DNA of 63,739 bases, filler included, from Phoronis australis (lineage: Eukaryota; Animalia; Phoronida): NCBI GenBank assembly GCA_002633005.1. It is 5 parts of 5 records of this genome, joined end to end, with 100 filler letters (N's around TTAATTAATTAA, not from the genome) between each part and the next. Parts side by side here need not be neighbours in the genome. Positions count along the whole stretch, not along the records: positions 33,769 to 53,131 come from NMRA01000090.1; 4 more parts are not named here. One strand, given 5' to 3'. Each line of letters begins with the position of its first letter. Position 1 is the stretch's first letter. The position numbers and the translations under genes were made by a program. Below, piece by piece: positions 38,603-53,131 of this stretch. The notes under the pieces are model-generated. The model did no database searches. It was given only the letters and a program-made list of their open reading frames with translations, and was not told where the DNA came from.

Positions 38603-40242
38603 CCGTGAACGTTCGGGTTAACGCCCATGTCCACTTAACCGCCTATCCCCTACTTTAGGTGGATTTTCGATTTAAGCGCCCACTGCTTGGTTACCGCCAC
38701 TCTGCGATTTTTGAAGATATCCAGTTAAGCGCCCACCTCTTGGTTAAGCGCCCATCCCAAGTTTTGAAGATTGATGATTACGCTCTCAGTGCTAAGGAAA
38801 CGCAAAATTACCCATTGTTAGATAAAAAGCAATAATAGAAAATGCAACGACAGCGTTGGAGACGGTGGTTTGGCAATGTGAATTATAATCCTAGTAACAA
38901 ATTATTGTCCCGGGTCATGGATTTGCTTGAAAATGTAATACCTTGAATGCTTTGTCACTTTATTTTCTTCCCATTTTCACAAACCTTTTTTTTAATGTTT
39001 ATTACGAAATCTTCAGAATACAATGAATATACATAACCCAGAAAGCGCCAATAGCCATTGGATCTGGGTTTTCACAAAACTAAGAACCCTGCCGGCTTTA
39101 ATGCCTACAATTTCAGCGATGCCGTCTGCCGCGCTAAGTTTCCATCTGCAGTGCTCTGGATAAAACATATTTTCCAAAAAAATAAAGCCAGAGAAATGTG
39201 ACAGTGGTGTTGCCAACACTTCTAATTCGCTATAGGTGGGAAGCTCTCGGATTTTGAAGAATTCCCTTAACGTTGTGAATATTGTTTCCACCTACATAGC
39301 CCTCCCGAATAATTTTGTTTCTTCATTGGCTAGTTTCAGCCAGAACAAAATACTTTCCATTTGAGTCTGAAATATCTACGACGTAGGTCGACTGAAAATT
39401 GACCTATCGCCAGGATTTTGAGTGACAGCTTAGCTGACCATTTAGAACACAGCATTATTGATGCACCTTGACGTTTCCAAGCTGCCATTTTACCCGACAA
39501 ACAACACGTTGCCGGGTAAAACTTATTGTTTGTTAGTCGACATTACGCAAGGGGGCAGAGCTTGCGATAGGTCAATTGGCTTTTGCTGTCCACCTCAATA
39601 CTAAGTGGTCACAATTTTTTTTGTTTCTCGGCAAGTTGTAACTTTGACGACTGTATATGATCGATTTTAATGAAGATTTAGTAATACTGAACTAGTAGAT
39701 GCCTAACCATTTAGCATTGAGGTGGACATCAAAAACAGACTAGAAAACAGTAAAAATGACCATTATATTCTGATGTCTTATCAAGGCCTTGTGAATGACT
39801 ATGTTAGGAAGCCTTTGTCATGAGCCTCAGTGGGTAAGACAGCTGCCAACTCAGGGAAAGGAGCCATTGGTCCTTCTCTGAGCAGGCTGGCCCTCATGGC
39901 AGTGCAGTAATATATTTGAAACCATCTGCGTTTTTATCAAGGTTCTCATGAAATCACCCTTTTTAAGTCAAAATCCTGTTTCTGTTTGAGCTGTGAGAAA
40001 CTTTGTGGCTGTTGGGTGTGGCTGATTGACTGAACTTACAAGTTCCTTGCTCAAATGAACACGCCGCACACTTGCCCAGTTCGGCTGAAACTTGGAAGTA
40101 ACCACCCATATTGCTTGGGTAATCGCCCACCGCTGACTTTTTGCCAATTTTCGGTTTAAGCGCAAACTGCTTGGGTAATCACCCACCCCGTCACAGGGTT
40201 TCCCAATTTAAGCTTCCAGGGCATTAGCCCGCAAGTTTACGG
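38603..40242. mobile_element. pogo/Tigger-like (Tc1/mariner superfamily) non-autonomous element
   Basis: TA flanks; TIR ccgtgaacgttcgggttaacgccc vs ccgtaaacttgcgggctaatgccc (19/24); subterminal taagcgccca repeats; partial second copy at 40981-41108. Confidence 0.75.
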
Positions 40243-40708
40243 TACATCACAGCTTTTGCTTATTTAATTTAAACATGATCATGCTTCTGGACCAGTAAAA
40301 TCTCTCCAATTTAGGACCCAACATAGTGGACAAATGAAATTCTATTTTCTCATTATTTCCGTAGAGGATATGCAGCTCCAAAGGAATGCTTTTTTATGCT
40401 CAAGTTCTGAACCACATGACCATCAGTATAAAAATTAGTAAGTGTGACCGACTTGGGAACAGCTTGAGGGACACTCATTTAGGATACAGCATTTGGGTGT
40501 GACAGAAAAGTAGTACTTTGGTTTTCATTCTGTTGGAGTCAATTCTAGCGAAAAAGATGTTATGGCACATATGCGAGTGTAGAGGACCCTTCTACTGGTG
40601 TTATGGTGGATGCTTCCTATCTTCACCAGTTGTATCTGTTCCCTGTTGCTAACTTCCTACTTGATGGTGCATCAGCTTATCTCAAATACTGTGGGATGTA
40701 TATTGTAG

Positions 40709-40786
40709 ATTCACCAGAAGGTGTGTGACCATGGCAACACAGAGAGCCAGCCAGCATTATGTGATTCCTATGACACAGCAGGGGAG
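40709..40786 (+). CDS. MPP7: MPP7-like exon
   Basis: IHQKVCDHGNTESQPALCDSYDTAGE vs [26 protein letters not shown]; phase 0/0. Confidence 0.85.
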
Positions 40787-42619
40787 GTAACTATAAATAG
40801 CTACTTATTGAAATACCACTGTGCCTCACTGTAGGGCATTCAATCTTATCATTGCCATGCTAAATCACCATTTTATGCCAAAATTTGTTCCTCATTCTTC
40901 TGCCAATAGTGTTTGCTGTTGCACAGTAAGTTGCTGTGCTGTTTCACAAGCAGCTTAAAACATGAACAATAAGCTTATGTTAAACGTTCTGGTTAACGCC
41001 CATGTTCACTTAACCGCCCATCCCCAACTTTAGGTGGAATTACGATTTTAAGCGCCCTCTGCTCAGTTATTAAGCACTTTTCTGCGATCTTTGAAGATTT
41101 CCAGTTAAACCATTACATCCAGCCACTCAGAGAAAGCCATTGGGGATAATTATCTCTTAATATCTGATTTTGTATACCAGTGTCTCTATTGTGCCTACAT
41201 TGACTTCCATAATAAAGGACTATTGTGGAGATATTTACACTGTAAGCTTGGGTAACACTAGGCATACCTCTGCCTGTTGCTAAAGACCAAGCTACACCAC
41301 CAGGGAAAGCACTACAAGCTTAGATATTTAAGCCTATTTCAGTTGTCAGTGTTTTATACATGACTTATATAACTCTTCATTTCGCTCTGATAGCATGAGG
41401 CACGCTTATCCTTAGTAAAAGAAGATGGCGGAAGTTTGAAATGTATGTAGCAAACAGATGTTTTACGAACACCATTCATAGCTGGGGCCAAAACAGAATA
41501 TTAATTTTTAAACTTGGTTTGGTGTCTTACTATGCAAAGTCCATCTACTCTTAAAGCGTTAAATTCCTTTTTGAATTCAAGTTCATACGCCACATGATGC
41601 ATCATTTGAGCCGAGTCTCTGAACTTCCGATAACAGAAATTAAGGATATTCCGGAAAAAATAATACATAGGACCTGTCTACACTCAGATTGTCAGTTCTA
41701 TGTTCCCCGTTAGTAGACTCGATCAGTTGCGAGTAACAACGCAGTTCACTTTCAGGCGTAACTCAACATTCAAATTTACATTTACAAACAACATTTTGCT
41801 TTTCCTTACGTGAAACTTGGTAGATCCTTAAATGATTAAAAATGAGGTATTCACTTAAGATGGAGTTGAGAAGTAATAATACAAACAGTATTTTCCTTAA
41901 CTCAGACTCGGATAGTGGATACATCTAGACAACATTCCTTTTCATTATCATGTTCGTATTTGGGTGAATTCTCAATTCTTGTAATAGGTTTTCTATAGAT
42001 GCTACCTGCAGTCGCGTCGTTTGTGTTTGGTTTGCAAACAGTTAACGAAAACTTTGTTGAGCACCAACGGATATTACAAATAATCAGTCAAGGCGTATTA
42101 CACGACAAATATATACCTTATTTCCTATCACAAAGTTTGGCGAGTCGATTCTGTTCATGAACATCGCTGTTTATGCTCGTGTGAATTTCTTGTCAGCAAT
42201 AACGATCACAAATCTGCGCGCAAGTTCAAACTGTCAAAAACCACAAATCAAAAAAGTTGTCGCATAAATTGTAAGATTTCCTGCATTGTTTGGTTGGCGT
42301 GCATTTGGTTGTTTTAGTGTTTTGCAGATGATATAATGTAAAGCGTATGGATTTCTACTTAGCACTACTTTGTTTTTCGCCCGTGTAAAAAATTACTCAG
42401 TGTTATTAACCAGTCTTGTCGTAACACATTCCTGGTCATGTGAGAATAACATATTTGGCCTGATTGTGTTATAAAGTTAAAGTCTCCGAAGGAATCGATG
42501 AACCTAGCATAGTCCAATCAATTCAAAATCTTATGAAAAGTTTTTTGGATATTGTCAAGTCAATCACATAATGGAAAGGTAGACTTGTTTAATTTGGGTT
42601 TTAAACCATTATTTTTCAG

Positions 42620-42703
42620 ATTTATGAATTCTTTGAAAGTTTGCCATCAAGGTGTCCACAAGCAAGAGAACTACTTTTTATCATGGCTGACCCCCATTTC
42701 AGA
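42620..42703 (+). CDS. MPP7: MPP7-like exon, L27C
   Basis: IYEFFESLPSRCPQARELLFIMADPHFR; ttttcag/gtgagt. Confidence 0.87.
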
Positions 42704-43323
42704 GTGAGTGATAAGGCTTATATGTTAATCAGTTTTTAAACTTTTGTGGCAAGGAAGTTCCTACACACACCCACTCGCTTAATGTGCAAACAGTATAAAT
42801 AAGTCCCTGGGAACAAGATTTCAATCACTTGTCTCGTGAAGCAGAAAAAATGGGCTATTCAAATATGGCTCAAGATTTTAATTATGGATTTCCAAGGTAA
42901 GGCTCACAACTCCAAACATGGTGTAGCACTACGTTTGAATTCAAGTGGGGATAGCAATTACTTTGTTATACTTTTAAATTAGTCGTTAAGGCTTAGATGT
43001 GGTTTATTCTTCTTGGTTCTGGGGCAGAGGTCATAGAATTGAAAGTATCATCATGCCTAATGATCTCTGAGACTTTTTGAAAAATCAAAAGCTCTTGCAT
43101 GCCGATTTCAGGTGAAATCAATAGGATACCATTTTGTTTAATCACTTTCATAGTTTGACGGGGATTCATCACTTGTTATTCATGCATGTTTCATTGGACT
43201 ATCGAGTAAACCCAAGAAGCTGTCTGCGCCGGGCGAGATTACCTGTTGTTGCCTGTTATCCTTTTTATTATTTGTTTTGTAACTGGGCTTTTGGTCCAAC
43301 ACATTCTGTTATTTACTTTGTAG

Positions 43324-43455
43324 GCTTTGCTGGAGTCTCATGACAAGATAGCTGGTAAGGATTATCTCCCACACCTCCCTCAGATACCGTATCATGTAGA
43401 TGAAGATGAAAAGAGCGTCAAGATAGTGCGACTAGTGAAGAGTCACGAACCATTG
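43324..43455 (+). CDS. MPP7: MPP7-like exon, L27C to PDZ start
   Basis: ALLESHDKIAGKDYLPHLPQIPYHVDEDEKSVKIVRLVKSHEPL vs human [44 protein letters not shown]. Confidence 0.93.
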
Positions 43456-45757
43456 GTAGGTCATGCGACTGGATGTTCAAATTCAGACTCTTTCATTTTT
43501 ATGCACCCACTTTATTATGTATGATGTGGTAGCATATTGTCCAGGTGTCCTCAATATCTCACAAACCCCTTTTTGTATATTGATGAAATTTGGCATATCG
43601 CCATAAGGCATCAATAGAATGGTGAATGGTACATTTTCAATGTGCACCACCCACAGGTCAGTTAGTGGAGGTTTTTTAGCGTTTTGGGGAGACGGAACTT
43701 TTCCAAATGATGTCTTGAGAACCATATTGATGGATTTCATTGAAACTTGACACAAAGTGTGTTCGAAGACTAGTCGAATTTTGCACCACCCCCTAATGGC
43801 CATTCTGGTTGTGAAAAGGGTCTTCTTCAGTATTTTTGAGAGGAATGGGATTTCTGGATGATTGCGTGAGATTCAGTTGAAGAAATTCTGTTGATACAGA
43901 GTGTCTTGTGACGTCATTGTGTTGGCAGCAGTTGTTTTTCGGGTAGTTTCGGTGACTGCTGCACCTCCTTGTGGCCATTTTTTCCAGCTGCTCAATATTT
44001 CTCATCCCTAGTCGGATCTCAATGAAATTTGGAACATGCAATGTATCCCACTGCCATAGGAGTGAGACTCAGTGTTTTTGGGTAAGAATGTTTCTGGAAG
44101 GTATCTAGAGTATGGAATGACAAATTGCAATAAGACATGACACAGGGGTATGTATTGACAATGTGCCAGTGCCAGTTGATATTTTCGAAGATTCCACTTC
44201 TTGGCAAAGACTTTTTCAGTGGAAGAGCATTAATTTTCAGATGATATCTGGAGATCCAACCAACAGATTTCACTGAAACTTGACACAGGACTATATCACA
44301 ACTTCGTACAAACATCAGTTAGATTTTTGTGCATTTTTGATACATCTCGCGTATAAAAATACAATTAGCCCAGAAAATGATTCTATATCTACGTTTACAT
44401 AAGTTTTACATTTAAGTAAAAATGTATTAATGAGCAATAATAAAAAGAAAATTCCAAAAACCAACAGAACTCATGCATAATTAAAGGATTAACATATTAA
44501 CAAAATAGAAATACAAGCAAACAGCTCAGCATAACATAGAAATTAAGTCAATTGCACTAAAATACAATTCACTTGGCCAAAAAAATCTAAGAAGTCTTGG
44601 AAAATACAACGACTTCATCCACTGTGGTGTCTCCTTGTGGCAGTTATGTTTTTTGTGCCCATCCGTGGCAATTTCATTTCTTCTGTTTTCCTCAGTTTCT
44701 GAGAAGTTCCTTGATGGATTTTTTTGAAATTTGGTAAAAAGGTTTGATATATTTTGGGCCATCTAGAGGCCATTTTTATAACACAAATAAACACCCCTGG
44801 AAGCACAACGTTTGCGGTGCATTTGTGGGCACATTTTAACGCTCCGCATTGCTCTTGTAATTTGAATGGTGATTTGAATGAAATACAGTTGAAACGGATG
44901 ATGCACTCGAAATTTTTATTAAATGGATTTTTTGGGTCCTCATTTGGACCCCCCCCCATTAATTAGTCAAACCTTTTGCAATTTAAATTGTGAATGAAGT
45001 TCTGCCGGCTATCCAAGTATTAGTGAGTACGATCTATGACATGAGGTGAAAATCATTACTAAATATAAATAAAAACTACTCCTGAACTTGTTCCTATTTT
45101 TCCTACTTTTCACTTCATAGTTCCTACTTTTTCCTATTTTTTTCTGAAAATGTGTCCTACATTTGTCCTACTTTTTTGGCCTAAAATTGCGCGAAAACCT
45201 GATGTCACCAACTGTGAAGTCATATTTCCACGAGTGGCGTCCAGTGTTTTTCACATGAGATTTTGTCAAGTAGATCATCAATTTAGCACAGTTTTGTAAT
45301 CAAGATAATATCACACAGACAACGATGCTGGCCGATCAAAAAATTTTTTTTTGTATGGAACTAGTGGATACGATCTTGACGGAGAAAAACTATACTGCAG
45401 ATATAAAGAAGTTACACGTTGTTTGTAAATTTATTAAAGATCCGACTAAGGTGCGACCTGTAGAGTGCAAAACACATAAAATCATAGCATAGGTCTTCTT
45501 CAGATTGCCAAAAGTGTTCAACAGTAACGTGTTGTTTTTATGTATGCTCATCAGATCAAGCAATGCAAGCTGAATCGGTGTGAAAGTAACCGTTGTACAC
45601 CTGGAGAAATTGTTGGACTTGGGCTGTATCCGGGTAATCTACTGCTTTATGATGCGCCCGTGTTATGGCATACAAGTACATGTAGCTAGGACAAATACCG
45701 CACCAGGACTCACAGAATCTAGGGCACATAGAACTCCATCTGATGCACAGAAAACTT

Positions 45758-45926
45758 GACACATAGAACCCGGGACACGTAGAACCTGGTACACATAGAA
45801 CCTGGTACACATAGAACCCGGGACACGTAGAACCTGGAACACATAGAACCTGGGACACATAGAACCTGGAACACGTAGCATCTGGAATACATAGAACCCG
45901 GGACACGTAGAACCTGGAGCACATAG
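45758..45926. repeat. 16-bp minisatellite, about 10 copies
   Basis: NacacRtagaaccYgg units. Confidence 0.92.
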
Positions 45927-48376
45927 AGTTTGAGAGCAAAGAAACTCAACAAGATAATCATGCATGCTAAATAGTGTTTCAACTGGCAATTAAAAACTCA
46001 GTCACTGTTTGTATTTTATATTACTGAGCACTTACAATAAATATTTGACATTTGACAACCAAAAATGCACATTTTCAGTTCAATTCTATGTGTGACCTTT
46101 ATAATGGTAACTATTTATTTATTTATTATTGTGATATTTAAAATGAGGGTGGCCTCTTCAGTGATAGCACTGCTTTCCAGTAACTTTTATTCATTGTCTA
46201 CAAATCTCATGAGTGATCTTGTTACAGCTTGCTATATCCTTACCAATAACTTAGTTTGAGTTTGGGTACTTAAATTTGGTGGGACGACAAAACGAGTGCC
46301 CCCACGAATGGGGTAATTTCATTTTTTTGAAAATTATATTTTTAAACTTTGTAGGTATACATGCCTACATAGTCTCAAATAGTCCTGTAGCCAAAAGAGG
46401 TCATTTTTAAGCTGATTTTTTTTGCATTTTTCAAGTAAAAGTTTGAGAGAATATACAAAATAGACGGACAGGTCAATGAGTGTATTATGGTGGTTGGTGT
46501 CATTTGAGGTGGATTATGAATCTACTGGTAAAATTTCACACCTACATCGTTACATTACGTTTACTCTGGCAAATGAAATCTGATGACACGCACGCGCTCG
46601 CTCTCACACAATACGCAGACGAACTTCAAAACGAACATCCTGTGACAACAACATGAATGTGTGTTCGTCCAGAGATTTTTATCGTGTTGCGGAGTATGAT
46701 CTAGCGCAGATTTGAACTTAATTTGCAGTTAATCCTGACTCAGCAGGAACTTTAAAATCTTAGGGATGCTATTTTGAAAACTTAAGAAGAACTTCAGATA
46801 ATTTGTTGAGTCGAAACTATATTTTTACTCAAGAATTCGAGTTGACCTATCGGCGATCAAGAGGCAGCGATGCATCAGTCAGCAAGATTTCGCACTGGGA
46901 TTTTCTGAAAAATGCTCGTAATTTAACAACAAAGTTAGATAGCAATGCACTGCAATTTTGTAGAGACTTTGTCATAGGTAACAGATGCATCACAGAGCGT
47001 AAATTCGATGAATTCTAGCTTACGATTTCACCAGCTTCGTATCTTCCTATTTGAATGAGGTGATTGAGCGGAAACTACTTTGGTGTAACCAATTTCAACC
47101 AATTTTCCCTCTCAGAAGCTGGTCCTGAGGTTTGGGGTGTTGCTTAAAGTTGCTTTTGACGAGTTTGAAATCACCCGTGGCAATGTGGGAAATCATCCAT
47201 CTGAAGTTTGTCCGTGCCGGTGGGTTTGATGGAATGCGTCACGCCCGTTATCGCATTTGTAAGTGATTTGGCTAATTATGCGGGGTTATGAATTATAGTT
47301 ATTTTATTCACTCCTTTAAAGATTTAAAATAAGCAAGGATTTGAAGTCTTATGCAAGGATTTTAAAACTTCGTCAGAAAATGGCCGGTTACAGATGGCTC
47401 ATCTCCAAGTCTGTAAATTTTGCTCGATTTTAAGATCAAACTGTGAATTCTGTAAAAACTTTGAAAGATAACCACATGCAACTACTTCTGTTATCTATTC
47501 AAGATGTTAACTTTATAATAAAACTGTGTCCACAGTTTAATAACCACAGAAACAGACATAAATTTTGACATCACCCCTTAGCGTGAGTGTACTCAACTAC
47601 AGAATCATCGTCTTGGGAATCTTTCGATGTTGTGTGAAAGGCAATTACATCTCCTGTCTCATCACTAATAGTCATTTTGTCAGGTTGTCAGCTCGGTATC
47701 TCATTATTGCGAAGTCAGACCCTGATGAAGTTTCTTACAAGGGTAGGACATCACAAGGATAGTGCTCGCTATTTTCAATCTGCTTTGCTGTCACTAGTTG
47801 ATTTATGGGCAAATTATACCTCTGCATCACCAGTAGTGGCCACTTTGGTCTTACCATTATTTTCAGATAGACATAGCTACTGCAGCACCCCCTAGGGGCT
47901 GTTCCATTTTTTAGATGATGGCACCTATTAGTTTAGATTAGATTCCAAGAAATGATGTTGCTGTCATGTAACCGTAATTTGAATTGGTTGTTGTTCATGA
48001 ACAAAGTAGACTAGACCTACTTATTATAGATGCCTTGTGATATTGTCCCCTTGCTGGCATATTTTATTTCTTAGTTGCAAATAATTGATTTGACGATAGT
48101 TTCAACAGGTGAGGTACTAACACGTTTTATCAATTAAGACTATTACAGGTACCTCATGTGGTCCAAATGCTGTCTTGTTGCGCCTTAAATGAAAGTGATA
48201 AGCTCCCCTCGAAACAACACCGTTTCGGGTGGCCTATGGGCGCACATCTAAGCTTGGCATTGCTTTTGTTAAATACCCATCTTGTTCAAATTAACGCCCT
48301 CTCCTTTTTTATTAGCTTTTCAATGTCATTGGATGTCGACACACTATCTGATAAGTCTTATTGTGTCTTACTATAG

Positions 48377-48458
48377 GGTGCCACAATAAAACTAAATGAT
48401 GACTGCGGCTCTATCTATATTGCCCGAATTATGCATGGTGGGGCAGCTGACCGAAGTG
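48377..48458 (+). CDS. MPP7: MPP7-like exon, PDZ
   Basis: [28 protein letters not shown] vs [28 protein letters not shown]; tag/gtaagt. Confidence 0.93.
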
Positions 48459-50420
48459 GTAAGTTTTTACACATTTCTTCTCCTTTTCTGACAGTGTGGC
48501 GTGCATTTGTTGCCTAAAGGTGTTACCTTCGTCTGTTTATTTTGTGGATTCTACCAATTTCAATTGCCATTTTGTGCTTTAATGAGAATGATAGTGGATG
48601 GATTCTACTGGCATGCCATCAAGTGCTCAGTGTCACTAGTAGTTGGTCAAGGTTTCAGGTTCCCAGACTTATCATTTGCTATTACCATAAACATTCGGGT
48701 TAAAGTCCTTGTTGCAAACTGCCCATGTGGTTCTAGTATCCGAAAATACTTACTACATAAAATCTTATTTTCGACACCCTTTCTTTACATTCTTTACATT
48801 CTTTTCGCCTTTCTTGCCAAATGCGATTTTTCAACCGTATTTGACCCTTTTCTCTGAGCGTATGATTACCGGCTGTCATCGGTTATTTCCGTACCCTCAT
48901 TTCCGGCTCATCAGTTCAGGAACTTGTCCTGAACGCCGCCATTTTTTCCTTGTAACTGAATGTGCTATGGCTTGCTCGAAAAGTCTTCATTATATTGTTT
49001 TATTAGTAATATATCGTGATTCGTTTGCATATGTAGTGTATTTATAGTTTGTAGTTAGTGGTCGTTGATTTTTTTGGAATGTTACGCGTACTTAGTATGT
49101 TAAAATAGCATTGGTGTTTAGTTCCTTACGTAGGCCGGTCGAACCTAGGAACCAATATGGGTCGAACCCAATTTTTTCAGTTTTATTTTTTTCCTCGTTT
49201 TGAAAAAGTACTTTGCTATCATCGGAAAGGTAGTACATTCTACTCAGTAAAAATCGAAAAAGTATCAAAATCGGGGCAAGCACTGTAAAGTTATTGCAAG
49301 TTTTGTGGCGAAATTTGGGTCACTTTGTTTGGATCGCGTCGGCCATATTGGAGGACAGCGGGATGAGTTACGAGTTTAAAACTTTGTGTAAATTGTTTTC
49401 GCCAACAAATTACGGTGACATTTAGTTAGACATATCTTTACTTACTATTCTGCACGATTTAGCAGTGTTCACCAAATTTCAGCCTCGCAGTTGTTACTCA
49501 TTAAGTGATAAATGTGCTCACAATTCCCGTTGGACTTCGTCTCATTTCTGGCGGCACCTACAATGTCGACTTTTGCTGAACTGAAAGGCATGTTCAATCG
49601 GCTACTTTGTAATTTGTGAAGATTTAACGTTGATACATTTTGACAAACGTTGCTACAAAAAAGAAACTTTATTCAATTTTCGTGTTTTTTGTGTTTGTGG
49701 CCAGCGACCAGTTAGGCCTAAGGGTAGTCTTGGCGCAAAGCTGCCTCCCGTTCAGTAACGCTGGGACCTCGCTAAAAAGCAAGACTTCGCGAGAATACGT
49801 GAGATTTCGCCGTGTATTTTGAATAAGAACACGTGACTTTTACTAGGTTTTAGCTAGGTCCTAGCGTAGGTCCTAGCGTCTACTGAACGCACGCCTGTAT
49901 AGGCCTACTAGCAAGCTGTATTTTGACTATAGTCTTCACTGGTTGCTGGTGACTGAGGCTAACTAAAGTCTGCTGCGGCAGTGTTACACAGGACTAACCA
50001 GCCCGTAATTTCATGCAAGTATCTGAAACTAACCTTGAATATATGCAGCATTTATCATTTGACCATTTTACTTCGACAAAACAGCTTGCAACCGCATGCA
50101 TTCACCGTTCGCCAGTGTCTGGTCTCGATCCGCACCGGGTCCGATAGGCTGCGGTCCCGAGTCTGGCAAAAGAATTTCTGTCAAAATTTATTCGCCACAT
50201 TTCTTCAGCAAATGCGATAAAATTGTCTGTAGTTTGATTTTATTAAAATTAAGGCGCGCTGTCGATCATTTTATTCCCGTTTGCTGGCTGGTAACAGTAC
50301 AGGCACTACTCGGGTCGCACTGACGGCGTTTTCTCGGCCTGGGTTCCTGAATGAATTGTACTGCGTTTTGGTGACTGGAGGCTGTGAAAAGTCAAGCAGT
50401 AGGGACGGGTTCACAATTAA

Positions 50421-52588
50421 CCCTTTAGCATTCATAGCGGCCGCAAGAAATCTGCCTCACATCTTCACAACGGCTGTAGACAGCCCGAGTAAACCTCAAC
50501 TATTGTACCTATAGCAGTGGCAGATCTAAATTAACTATGACTAGAAACAAGGTGAATGACCTACAAACTCCAAAGCAGCCATTTGCATTCCACAGTTACA
50601 AGTTTTAGTGAGACTTATTAGTTTTAATTTACATTTTGTTGGTGGCCAAAGTTTTTCGACGGTACTTCCTGTTTCGGTAAAACAGGCAGGGGTGTGATGG
50701 CTTTACCGCAGCAGAAATCCAAGAAGCTACTCAGGTAGTTGTGGGAGAGCTCGAGATGTTAAGGAATCTGGCATCGATGTCTAGGATGTGAGAAGCGATT
50801 AAAGTTCAGCCGGCATTCCTGACTCTGAGGACAAGGCCTTGAATGCACAATGGAGAGAAACGTTGGAAACTTCGTTTTGGTGAATTTTAAGAAAGTTTAT
50901 AAACTGAACACACACATTTAAAAATGCAAGCTGATGCAAAGCCTGTGGACTATATAAATTTTTTTTGGCCTCATGTGTTTTTCGAGACTGGTGGGTAGGA
51001 AATAAACTGATATGGGGATCTGTCCCAAACGGTCCTGATGCAATATGGTGACAACGAGTGCCTACAAAGTACGTGCGTTTTTTGGAATAAATGTCATGAT
51101 GGGCATTTAGCCGTCTCCTAGATTATGGTGCTGCTGGAGCACTGACTCCAAGCTGGGGGACCCATAGATCTACATGTCCGTGGTAAATCGAACACCCCTA
51201 GTCATGATGACCCTGGATATGATTCACTTTTCAAAGTGAGACCAATGTTGGACATGGTTCGTGAAGCATTTGTAGCTAACTCATGAATATCCTCAGCAAC
51301 AGCTCAGCGTTGATAAAGCCATGTTTGGTTCCAACAGACAATTGTTCTTTAGACAGTATATGTCCGCTAAGCCCACAAAGTGGGGTATCAATGTGTGGGA
51401 GTGTTCCGAAAATGCCTCCTGGTATTGCTGCAGTTTTTCAATTTACAGTGGAAGGAAAGGTCAGCGGCAACATGTTTTGGGCTATGATGTTGTATGGGAC
51501 TTGTTGTCATCCTATCACAACAAGAGTCACTGTTTGTATTTCGACCATTTATTTGCATCTGTTATATTGGTCGAACATTTGAAGCTGGTAAATACGCATT
51601 GTTGCCTTTAAATAATGGCCAACCGCAAAGACTTACCAGACTCAATAAAAAACAAACTTTAAGTTAAAAAAGCGGGCGATGTGATCCAGTTACAGAAAGG
51701 GTGGTGTTGACAAATCTGATCAACTTAGATCATATTACCCAGTAGGAAGAGAAAGCGGGAAATTGTGGAGATATATTTTATGGTTTGTCGTCAATTGTTG
51801 TGTCACGAATGCACATATTTTGTTCATGAAAGTGTTCATATTCCACTGGTGATGGACACATATGATGCTGTGCGATTCCTGATCGATGTTGTGGAACAGT
51901 TAGTGAATGGATTTTGGTCTCATCTGTGTAAGGCCGCGCGGATGAAAGAGTCCAGTTGACAGGCCAGTTCATGGCGACAGCATTCGCCATCAGGAACTGG
52001 TGAAAATTGAAGGATGGAAACGGACCTGTAGAGAGTGCTGTAATCCTCAGCGTAGAATACTGTTTGGTTGTTGTGCCGAAACTTCATTTAAGTGTTCATT
52101 TTGCGATGTGACTCTTTGCCGAGTTGGCTGTTTTCTAATATTCTATGAGAGGAATTTGGTGAGATATTAATTCTAATAAGGCTGAGTTGTGTTTCTATTT
52201 CAGCGGTTGTTGCATTGATCACATTCGATAATGACTATGTTCGCATATCAATTTTTACATAACCGTTAGCACTTCTACATAATAGCTTTTAACAAGAGGA
52301 ATGAGCTTGTTGTTCCATTGAAAATTTTGTTCTATGTTTTGTGATTGTAAAGTACATGTAATATGTTGTTTCCATTGTCAAAAAGTATTTTGACGTGTTA
52401 GCCTTGTTTCATGTGCTCATTGCCATTTCAGATAAAAATTCAAAACAACAACATAGTTTTTGTAAGGTTTTATTGGGTGTAATTCAAATTTCATTAAAAA
52501 ATGCTCTCTCCCAAAAATTGCATGAAGCCTACCCTCTTTTTGAGTGTTCCAAATATTTTGCTCACCTGATGAAGCTGTTCTTCATTAA
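50421..52588 (+). mobile_element. Decayed piggyBac transposon
   Basis: TTAA|CCCTTTAG left end at 50417-50428; transposase pseudogene inside; right TIR not found. Confidence 0.7.
50940..52170 (+). pseudogene. piggyBac (PGBD/DDE_Tnp_1_7) transposase pseudogene
   Basis: Frameshifted blocks YDSLFKVRPML, QLSVDKAM, FRQYMSAKPTKWGINVW, HCLYFDHLF, and C-terminal Cys-rich RTCREC...TSFKCSFCDVTLCRVGCFLIFY. Confidence 0.88.
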
Positions 52589-53131
52589 AGAGGAAATTGC
52601 AAGGTCCAAACCAATCTGAACAACAATATGGTCTAAATTCTAGTTTATAATTATCATTGCTATATTCTTAACATTAACTGAATTGTACGCCGCTATACAA
52701 AGTTATTTACATATTTAGTGCCGTGGTGTTGTAACGCCATCGTTGTAACGGAGAATAGAAACGGCGCCATTTTCGTTCGTTACACATCTGTGACGTGGTG
52801 TTGGGGAACACTAAAGAAGCAATGTGTGTCCAAGTGAGTATAGCAGCGTAGATGAGGAATACTTTGAACGATACAGGGACGGACAGGTGGACTTTTCAGA
52901 TGATTCCGACCTTTCGGACGTGGAGGTAGAGGTGACAGATCCCAGAGGAACATTATGTGTTCACAGCTTTTCTGTAGTGGAGCCGTTCTCCCTCGATCCC
53001 TTTCACGGCCCTTTCTCTGGTCGCCGAAGTCTCACTCCCAGCGGGTTCGTCCTGTGAACGTCAACAGGCTGGAGGTGCGCAGGAGTTGCGATTAGATGTT
53101 AGTGATTGGTAAGAATATTATCAATATGTAT
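52589..53131 (+). mobile_element. Kolobok end carrying a degenerate KolX-like first exon (truncated by contig end)
   Basis: TTAA|AGAGGAAAT terminus; acidic N-terminus, VVEPFSLDP (P-Y/F-x-F-E-P-like), then after a frameshift RLDVSDW split by TG|gtaag. Confidence 0.5.

Noticed and set aside
45556-45989. Cys/Pro/Gly-rich ORFs in three minus frames
   Set aside because: 16-bp minisatellite translated in all frames
46254-47600. DNA transposon with transposase remnant
   Set aside because: Looks repeat-derived, but I could not establish convincing TIRs, TSD or a protein family
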